Shown here piece after piece: positions 1 to 9,202 of a DNA stretch of 26,946 nt (positions are counted from its first letter, which is position 1; every line of letters begins with the position of its first letter). Origin of the DNA: Ginkgo biloba (Eukaryota > Plantae > Ginkgophyta); contig JANKJI020000002.1 of assembly GCA_024626585.2 (NCBI GenBank), positions 204,010,551 through 204,037,496 of the forward strand, in the 5' to 3' direction. The notes under the pieces are model-generated. The model was not told the DNA's origin, did not search any database, and saw only the letters and a list, made by a program, of their open reading frames with translations. The position numbers and the translations under genes were made by a program.

Positions 1-2384
1 TTTTTTGGTTGTTGTGACTATTTCTTCTAGTTGATTCTTCAGAATGGATGTACTTGGCACTTCCTCCGGCAGTGTTGCCTTTTCTTTTCTTTTTTTTCTT
101 TCCTCCTCTAACACTTCCTGGAGGATTGACCTTAGGCTAGTGGCCTATTCTTTGTCTTGGTTGCCAACTTCCTTTGCAACAATTTCCTATACTTCAATTG
201 CTGCCTNNNNNNNNNNNNNNNNNNNNNNNNNNNNNNNNNNNNNNNNNNNNNNNNNNNNNNNNACAATCATAATTTGTGTGAGAGTCGATCAAAGTGTTTC
301 AGAGGTCTATGTGAGAGCTATTTTCCAACTCCCATTTGTATCATTGATGGAGTTAGTGAAAGATCCTTATCTAGTTTGAGTTCCTTATGTGCTAGCTAAT
401 TGAGAGAGAGATTTCTATTTGTAATGGGAGAGTGTGTTTTATATGGTAATGCTCTACTCCTTGACATTGTAGAGACCTTGATTGCCTAGCAGGCAAAAGC
501 TTGTCAATACTAGCATTCTTTTGACCTACTCCTTGAATTGCTAACTTCCTAGGATTGTTCTCAGCCAATTTGTTCCATTTTTTTTGAATACTAGGTTGGC
601 CATTTTCTTGGATCTTAGTATTAATGTTAGGTATATTGCGATTTCACTTCCATTTTGTCCCTCAAACATGTTCCAAGTAGGATTTGAGAATAGAGGCAAA
701 TTGACTTCATTTTGATAGTGGCAAAAGAAAGTCAACAAGCATTAAAAGAATCATTAGAATTTTGAATAAGAATCGATTATTGTTGATGGGGTCCAAACTT
801 TGTAGCTCAAGTGATTGTATGACCATTTTATACATTGAAAGTCTGAAGTCCTATACATTTACTTCATGAATACAGGAGCTCGTCAACTAAACATAAAAAA
901 ATCAGCTAACTCTCCAAAATACATAATCAGTCCATGCCACCTAAAGTAAAAGCTTAGATTTGGACAATTTATCTTGAGTGCTACAGCATGCCACAACATC
1001 AACACTGAGTGGAAATGAAACTTCATTTAGCCAGAATCCAATAGTCAAATGGTGAAAGCTTGCTTGTACAAAATTGACCAATCAACTAAACTTCGCCCAA
1101 AGTTCAATTGGGCAAAACTGTGAAAAATGAAGATACAAAAAAAATAGAGAGAACNNNNNNNNNNNNNNNNNNNNNNNNNNNNNNNNNNNNNNNNNNNNNN
1201 NNNNNNNNNNNNNNNNNNNNNNNNNNNNNNNNNNNNNNNNNNNNNNNNNNNNNNGCAAGGTTCTAGAAACAAACAATTGAATGGTGAAAGATTGCTTGTA
1301 TGAGATGGATAAATCAATAGGATTATGCAAAAAGATCTGACGGTGTGATCAAGCAATAGTGTAAAGTCCAAAAAGAGATGATAATTCACTTATTGATCAA
1401 TGATTGATACATAGATCAATAATTAGGATTTTGTTGTAGCTCAACATTATTATAAAAGTGCAAAAGGGTCTTGCTAGTGTAGTGAGGAAAAAATCTAGAA
1501 TAAAAAAAAATCCAAAACACTAACATAGCACAAAAGCACTTGGAGCCTCCGTTGCCAGGTGGCAAATATCCATGTCAGCTAGCTCCAAGCCAAGAAGTTG
1601 ATAGTCTTATAACTGTATTGCTCAAGAAATGCATGTAGTCGATTGATGGACAATTGTGACTCAAAACATTACAAAAACTCAAATGGAATCATGAATAAGG
1701 GGGATGATGATTCACGACTTACACACAGAAGACACATCTCGTCAAGAGCTAGACACTGAGAGAAACTTCAAATTCTTTCTCCTTTCTTTAAGCTTCTTGT
1801 AAATGTTGTAAGTTGACCCTCCTGTTGAGGCAATAATTTTGTGTGCTTTGATACGCAAATTCCTTTGTGCGTTGTAATTTTGTGGATTTGTTAAACTTTT
1901 CGGCATGATATTAATACTATGTAAATCATTGAACAAAGAAAATAAACGCAGTAGTAAACTCTTGAAACATTCAAGCCATAAATCAATGTTTATTGAACTG
2001 TAAACATCAAACATCAATGAGCCAAACATATCTCAAAACATGCACATGATTGCTAATCAAACCCACCTTCATCACAACTGAAAAACCAACTTAATTACAA
2101 TTGAAACAAATCAATATTAGAGTAGTATACATACTCTAATGGTAACCCACAAACATGCTTAAATAACTGTCTATATTACAACTGATAGACGATCTTTAAT
2201 GCTACTATAAATTGCTTTTATTACATTAGCAAACCATCTACTTTAGAAACCCAAAATAGTTTGAAGGAGCCCTCAATTCCAAAANNNNNNNNNNNNNNNN
2301 NNNNNNNNNNNNNNNNNNNNNNNNNNNNNNNNNNNNNNNNNNNNNNNNNNNNNNNNNNNNNNNNNNNNNNNNNNNNNNNNNNNN

Positions 2385-3160
2385 ATAGATTTATTGATGA
2401 GATAGAGTGTGACATGGTGCCGCTAGATGTATGTTTAGTCATGCTTGGAAGTCCTTATTTATGGTACAGAGAAGTTGGATAAGGTCTCCGAATTAGTAAA
2501 GATTGGTTAAGGATAGCCAAGGCTATGCAAGTAGAGCTAGTTTTTGTAATAATGTCAGCTTAAGCCAAGAGGCTTGTCAATGCTTCGAGAATGTCCACGG
2601 AGGTGCTCACAACAAATGAGAATGGTGCTCAAAGGACAATTGTTCAAAATGCGAAGTAGTAAGGACAACTTTATAACATGCTACAAAAGTATGCGTATGT
2701 CTTCTAGGAACCTAAAGGAAAGCCTCTTAAGAGAATCATTGAACATAATACAAGGATTTAACAAGGGGTAATACTCCTAAATTTTATTCTTTATAGGAAC
2801 TTAGTCTTAGAGAATGAGGAAATCAAGAAGCAACTCCTCGAATCATTGGATAAAGGCCATATAAAGCCCAACACTTAACCTTGTAGCCTTTCAATTGTCT
2901 TATTGTGTAAAGCCCAACACTTCCTTGTGGCTTTTCAATTGTCTTAGTCCCCAAGAAGGATTGTACTTGGAGTATGTGTGGGCTACAGAGCTCTTGATAA
3001 GATCGCAATGGAGAACATGTATATGCTTCCTGAGATAGAGGACTTGATTGATCAACTCTAGGAGGCTAACTTCTTCAATAGATAGACCTTAGGTCGGGAT
3101 ACCACCAAGCCAGAATCAAAGAGTAAGACACACACAAGACTCTCTTTGAAACATGGGAGG
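2385..3160 (+). pseudogene. Ty3/Gypsy pol remnant, 5' part (aspartic protease C-terminal region, linker, N-terminal half of reverse transcriptase)
   Basis: Translates with stops and frameshifts to FIDEIECDMVPLDVCLVMLGSPYLW, AKRLVNAS, ENEEIKKQLLE..DKGHI, IVLVPKKDCTW, LPEIEDLIDQL and IDLRSGYHQARI..DTHKTLF. These match typical Gypsy protease and RT motifs (DLRSGYHQ, KTAF). Confidence 0.92.
2862..2946 (+). repeat. Short tandem duplication (46-bp period) inside the Gypsy RT
   Basis: taaagcccaacactt..ccttgt.gc.tttcaattgtctta occurs at 2862 and again at 2908. Confidence 0.85.
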
Positions 3161-5054
3161 TGTTATGCCCCCGATGTTTACCAATTCAATGATGAGAAGT
3201 GAGCCCAAGAAGCCCTTAAGGAATGTTTGCCATATAGCTTTAAATGATGTCTCTAAGATTAAGCTTAATGATGATGCTAGATTAGTTATATTGTAGATGC
3301 TGGCTCAACCTCATGATGGGGTAATTAAGAAAGAGAAAATGGGTAAAGAGAGAGCCAAGAGGTTATCTCAACCTAAGGTGCCCCACTTTCAAAGAGTAAT
3401 TGGAGTGCAATTAACCACAAAGGGTTTCCTAGGGTTTGGGGTAGCCTTGGGAATGAGCTTAGCTCTATGAGGCGGTCAAATGCTTCTCCTCATTGTATAA
3501 ATACGGTGTAAGGGGGCTGAGATAAATCCTAAGCATGATTTGATATCTTTTCTATGACCTTATATTGAGGGCGTTTTATTTCTAAGGTATATTCTCTGCA
3601 TTCTAGCTATCGTTTTGCTCCAAGAGAAGTTGTTNNNNNNNNNNNNNNNNNNNNNNNNNNNNNNNNNNNNNNNNNNNNNNNNNNNNNNNNNNNNNNNNNN
3701 NNNNNNNNNNNNNNNNNNNNNNNNNNNNNNNNNNNNNNNNNNNNNNNNNNNNNNNNNNNNNNNNNNNNNNNNNNNNNNNNNNNNNNNNNNNNNNNNNNNG
3801 TCACATATTTTCTAGAGTTGGCGACTTGATTCCACATTGGTAGTGTGCATTAAGTTTGACAATGGGACCCTGACTATGCATTAAGCTTGGTTATAGACTG
3901 CACCTACTAACAGATTTTGCACCTCCACTGCTTCTAACCTTTGCATGAAGGGAGCTACATTTTATGCGGTAGAAGTATGATGTTTTTGATTAAGGAAGCT
4001 TCTATCATCTTCAAATACTCCAATTCTATCGAGCAAGTCCCTCTTTAAGGCATTCATTGTGGGCTTCACTCTTTTACTGCACTTTTCTGTTATACTGTTG
4101 TTGTAGTCGTGCATTTCTAGAATGGCCTAAAATTTGAATTTATGTTTGCATGTGCATTATTATGGGTCTATAAACCCTAGGACTTTAGATTTAGACTTCT
4201 TATAGTGAAGTGCCCTTAGTCAAANNNNNNNNNNNNNNNNTTTATGGTGGCTTTTGCTTATGATTGGATTTTAAGGTTTGTTGGTCTTCTCTATTGTCCT
4301 TTTTTTAGATGTCAAACCTTAGAGCCTGGTTCTTGGCGTCCTATATTAGCATGGTAACCATTGAGGGGGAATCTTATTATCCTTTGATGTGCATTTGGTC
4401 TAGTTAGCGATAATACTAGCATTAGCCCATGTGTGAGCATTGTGTGACTTTATGTCGTAGGGCTACTAATAATGAGGGTAGGGATAGCACCCTAATTACC
4501 CTTAGGGATGGTATGGTGTTGTGGGCTATGCTGGCACCCATAGTGGGCCATTCTTTTTAGCTGATTGACATTATTTGTGCATTTATGTATTGCTCACATT
4601 TATCCTTATGTGGTTAGTATGCTATATGCATGAACTGCTAGTGGGGAGGGCATCTCGTTAGGGTGATGGCCCTAGTGCTAAAGAAGGGATTGGAATAGAC
4701 CTACGCCTGGCCATCTTGGTAGCTACAAGGGGTGGAATCAAATGGGGAGGCCATTTGGCGTTGATGGTCAACATTTATGGATCAGAGGTTTGTTTTGATA
4801 GTTGCATAAGCCCCAATAGGTGATCCTCATAGTCAATAGTGGTTGTTAGTGCATTTTGCCAAGACCTTTCCTTACGTCTAGCAGTGTAACCTTTGAGTCT
4901 TGTATATGTGGATTCTTTAGAGTTAAGTGATTTAATATAAATGAACATTTTTCCTTGTTTATTTATTATGATTACATTGCACTTTGGTTATTCATGTATC
5001 TTTATAAGCAATTGATTTAGAATAGTATATAGGACTAAGGGCGAGACTATTACA
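3161..5054 (+). mobile_element. Probable solo LTR (~1.9 kb including N gaps) inserted into the Gypsy RT
   Basis: Starts TGTTA and ends TTACA. The RT reading stops at FETWEG before 3161 and resumes at (Q)(G)LFE(W)TVMPF after 5054. Flanks GGAGG/ATAGG look like a degenerate 5-bp target-site duplication (TSD). No coding motifs were seen inside. Confidence 0.75.
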
Positions 5055-5757
5055 ATAGGTTCTTTTTGAATAGACGGTCATGCCATTTCGACTGACCAAT
5101 GCATCGGCAACCTTCATGAGGTTAATGAATGAAGTGCTTAGACCTTATTTATATTCATTGGTCATTGTCTATTTGGATGATATTCTAATATACAGAAAGA
5201 CTTGAAAGGAGCATTTGGAACATAATGAGATAGTGCCTTAAGCATTAGCAAATTAGTAGTTGAATGCAAACCTCAAGAAATGCCCAATTGCAATAAATGA
5301 GCTAATCTACCTAGTTTCAAGGTAGATGGTGTAGGGCTCGTGATAGAACCTACTAAGACAGAGTTGTCCTGAATTAGCCAACATTCAAGAATTTCCACAA
5401 GCTTATAAACTTCACAGGATTGGTTAAAAATATTGTAGCAAGCTATTCAAAGATAACCTTACCCTTAAATGCATTAGCAAGGGGAAATACAACTTTCAAT
5501 TGGGTAGAGAGACAATAGAGAGGTTTTGAGGGGCTTAACTATAGAATAAAAAATTACCCCTTTTCTATAATCTCTTTATATAAGGTTAACTTTTAAGATA
5601 AAATTTGATGCATCAGGGTATACCTTAAGAGTGGTCTTAGTCCAATATGACAAGTTAATTACTCATCATTCAAAAACCATTTTAGAAGTTCTATAAGTAC
5701 TCCACTTATGATAAGGCCCAACATAGTATCATGATTTTATTAGGGACCTAGTACCAG
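5055..5757 (+). pseudogene. Ty3/Gypsy pol remnant, continuation (RT catalytic core, RNase H, possible start of integrase core after a deletion)
   Basis: [36 protein letters not shown] (YLDD at 5170-5181), then DASGYTLRVVLVQYDKLITHHSKT..STYDK (RNase H). An SI-M-DFIRDL-like stretch near 5725-5750 resembles integrase SMDF. Confidence 0.92.
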
Positions 5758-6877
5758 TGTTAGTCATAAATTTAACTTTGACAAAGCAAGATCTAGTGGC
5801 ACTTATATATAGATAAGAAGATTGTTACTTAATAAATCATTGATGGTTTGGACTCGATGATTGGCTTATCAAATAACTTAGATTAAATAAGAACTAATAG
5901 ATGACTCTAGAGTTTAAGACTCAATGTCAAGAAGGTCACTTGAGCTTAAAATATTATCAGAGGATAAATTTAATCTTAAGACTATATTATGGTTAAGGTC
6001 AAGGTCCAATAAAAGCCATTAGGAGCCCAATAAATATAGCTTATAAACTANNNNNNNNNNNNNNNNNNNNNNNNNNNNNNNNNNNNNNNNNNNNNNNNNN
6101 NNNNNNNNNNNNNNNNNNNNNNNNNNNNNNNNNNNNNNNNNNNNNNNNNNNNNNNNNNNNNNNNNNNNNNNNNNNNNNNNNNNNNNNNNNNNNNNNNNNN
6201 NNNNNNNNNNNNNNNNNNNNNNNNNNNNNNNNNNNNNNNNNNNNNNNNNNNNNNNNNNNNNNNNNNNNNNNNNNNNNNNNNNNNNNNNNNNNNNNNNNNN
6301 NNNNNNNNNNNNNNNNNNNNNNNNNNNNNNNNNNNNNNNNNNNNNNNNNNNNNNNNNNNNNNNNNNNNNNNNNNNNNNNNNNNNNNNNNNNNNNNNNNNN
6401 NNNNNNNNNNNNNNNNNNNNNNNNNNNNNNNNNNNNNNNNNNNNNNNNNNNNNNNNNNNNNNNNNNNNNNNNNNNNNNNNNNNNNNNNNNNNNNNNNNNN
6501 NNNNNNNNNNNNNNNNNNNNNNNNNNNNNNNNNNNNNNNNNNNNNNNNNNNNNNNNNNNNNNNNNNNNNNNNNNNNNNNNNNNNNNNNNNNNNNNNNNNN
6601 NNNNNNNNNNNNNNNNNNNNNNNNNNNNNNNNNNNNNNNNNNNNNNNNNNNNNNNNNNNNNNNNNNNNNNNNNNNNNNNNNNNNNNNNNNNNNNNNNNNN
6701 NNNNNNNNNNNNNNNNNNNNNNNNNNNNNNNNNNNNNNNNNNNNNNNNNNNNNNNNNNNNNNNNNNNNNNNNNNNNNNNNNNNNNNNNNNNNNNNNNNNN
6801 NNNNNNNNNNNNNNNNNNNNNNNNNNNNNNNNNNNNNNNNNNNNNNNNNNNNNNNNNNNNNNNNNNNNNNNNNNNNN

Positions 6878-7315
6878 CACTTGGTCCGACTTGGGACAAT
6901 ACAAGCCATAGCCCATGGGAGCATAAATGACTTGGAGTCATAGGGCTATTGACAATGCGGGTAGGGCTAGCACTTTGATAACTCGTAGTGATGACATGGT
7001 GCTGTGAGGTATGTTAGCACTCATAGTGGGTCGCTCTTCTCAATTGAATTGCATTGTTTTTTGTGCATGTTTATTGCTCACACTATGTATGTAGTCAATA
7101 TGCTTGTATGCATCAATTGTTACTAGGGGGGATATTTCATAGGGAGATGATCGTAGTGCCANNNNNNNNNNNNNNNNNNNNNNNNNNNNNNNNNNNNNNN
7201 TTTAATATATACAAATATTTTATTTATTTATTCATGCATTATACGTTGATGATTCATGTTTTCTATAAGCAATTAATATATTTAGCATTCAGGGCTAAGA
7301 GACAGGGCTGTTACA
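6878..7315 (+). mobile_element. 3' portion of a second LTR of the same family as 3161-5054
   Basis: 6878-6975 aligns by eye with 4391-4490 (ttggtc..tagcccat..gagcat..tgactt..tagggcta..gggtaggg.tagcac). Its end (ataagcaatt..gctaagagacagggctgttaca) matches the 5054 end (ataagcaatt..actaagggcgagactattaca). The 5' part is probably inside the 6051-6877 N gap. Confidence 0.75.
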
Positions 7316-7432
7316 GCAGAAACCTTGATCCAACACGGCAAGCCAACTGCTTAGCACTCAGAAACCTTTTTAGAAGCTGTGCAAAGGTACTTCACTTATT
7401 ATAAGGAGATTTAAGCGTTGGTCAAGGGCCCC
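7316..7432 (+). pseudogene. Second Gypsy RNase H fragment
   Basis: AETLIQHGKPTA*HSETFLEAVQRYFTYYKEI*ALVK matches the Gypsy RNase H pattern L.Q.GKPVAYHSETF....Y.TYDKELYALV. It is homologous to 5630-5715. Confidence 0.8.
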
Positions 7433-7756
7433 GTCTTTTCTTTGAAGTAGAATATCCTTTAACTCCTCTTGCATGGCCTGATTTCTTCTAAGACTACTGA
7501 CCTTAATTGACCAGCTGAGCTGCATTAAACTGGGCTGTGACCTTTCATTTCTGATGATCCTGCACACCTTAATTGGCAGTGTGATTTGTCTACACACTTT
7601 CAGAGTTTTAAGGGACTAGATGAAAAAAGAATTGATGCTATGCTTGTGTCTTTCCTCATTGAACATGTCCTCTATTTGGAACTAAAAATTTAAGTACAGA
7701 ATTTCTTGTTTCATTGTTGTGTCAAAAATTTCTCTGATCAAACCAAAAATGAACAG

Positions 7757-8054
7757 GCTTGCTGTTCCTGCTGAAAGTTTAATTCAATCATATGAAAACT
7801 TTCTCCAATGTTTGTCTTCTCGTAATAGGAGGAAACATAAACAAGCAAAGGCAGTAGCTCTATCTGGAAGCGTTCCTTTGAAGTGCAACGAAAATAATTA
7901 CTTCAAAAACCACACAGAACCAGGCATCAAAGAAGTTGAAAAGAAGAGGGGTAGTTACTCAAACGAAGACTCTGAAACAAATTGTAATTCGTTCTCAAGT
8001 TGTGAGGCTGGAAGAAGAAATAATGTGGGTGTTGGAGAAGGCTCAACGGTGTAA
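7757..8054 (+). CDS. BMF3: Internal exon of a Bub1/Mad3-family (BMF3/MAD3.2-like) gene: last helix of the TPR (Mad3_BUB1_I) domain plus start of the linker; 3' boundary uncertain
   Basis: Acceptor gaacag|G at 7756/7757, then LAVPAESLIQSYENFLQCLSSRNRRKHKQ. This resembles the TPR end of plant BMF3 as I recall it (LAEP.DELQKSY.QF..RMERHKKKK). The frame stays open to a stop at 8052-8054; no strong donor site was identified. Confidence 0.62.
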
Positions 8055-9202
8055 ACCCATGGAGAAGCATACGATAGAAGGAAACCTTGTATGTTGTTGC
8101 TACAAAGTTGTGATTACTTGGAGAACGATCTTTGGTGGTAGCATTTCTCTTGCATTCAGGTTAAAAGGAGGTAGTAGGAGCGGGAGTCGTAGAACGTTTA
8201 GAAGATTATAACGAATGGTTGTTGTGTGATATGCTGACGGTTTTGGAACAGAGTCATCGCGAATCAGTTGTGAGATACCAGTGGTTGTTGTTGAAGCTTA
8301 GATAAAGTCGCCATGATGGTATCAGAGGTGAGCTATTGCACTGCAGTGAATGCTTAGGACAAAGGTGAATTACCAANNNNNNNNNNNNNNNNNNNNNNNN
8401 NNNNNNNNNNNNNNNNNNNNNNNNNNNNNNNNNNNNNNNNNNNNNNNNNNNNNNNNNNNNNNNNNNNNNNNNNNNNATTTATAAAAAAATCAAAGAGGTA
8501 AGAAGAATCCTTCTTGTATTGTTGAAGGTTGCCACATTGGCAAAGTTGGCCAATCACAAGAATTTAGAAAAGATGGGATAGAGTGACAAATTCTTAAGCA
8601 AAATCCAACTCTTTACATGCTAAACAAGTGTGTAGATCATCAAGATATGACTCATCGTGGAAAAAATCATGTTCTCGAAAGAACAAGTTAATATTGTATT
8701 TTTGCGTGCACACATAGATAAAGACCATGTAAGTGCACGCTAAAGGGGTGTGTACTAATGTGGTAGATGATACAAGGATGTGTAGAAACATGGTTTTGAA
8801 AAAAACTATACAAAAATAAGAAAATATTTAGAGCAGTTGATGAAAAAATCTCAAAGCTTGAATACCTACAAACAATCAAGGAGATGGATTCCATTTATTA
8901 ATAAAGAACGTGTCTATACAATTAAAGGGGGTGTGTGCCTTGGGCACTAATAACCAAAATATTTATAAAATTTTATTATCTTCTAAAAGTCATATATGAT
9001 CTCCTGATACATTAATAGACTAGTCCCCAAAATCTTGATTATAGTAATTATCAAAAAAAGAAGAAGCCATAAAAACCAGAGTGTTGATGGAGAATGATTG
9101 CAAGAGTCAACCGAAGAGGGCATCAATGACATAATCCTAGAGTTAGACAGTGAGAAAACAACCTAGGGATTAGACAAGGTTATAGAAGAAGGTGAAGGCA
9201 CC

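Noticed and set aside
1723-1917. Minus-strand exon-like segment (acceptor tttacatag, donor GTAAGT) within ORF 1742-2029
   Set aside because: All three frames contain a stop before the donor and no protein family was recognised.
6019-6941. Long ORFs of ~300 aa here and at 13621-14696
   Set aside because: Almost entirely X residues from N runs; artefacts.
8317-8327. TGGTATCAGAG, resembling a tRNA-Met primer-binding site
   Set aside because: No recognisable LTR immediately upstream and no gag downstream, and the match stops at 11 nt. Treated as chance or an uninterpretable relic.
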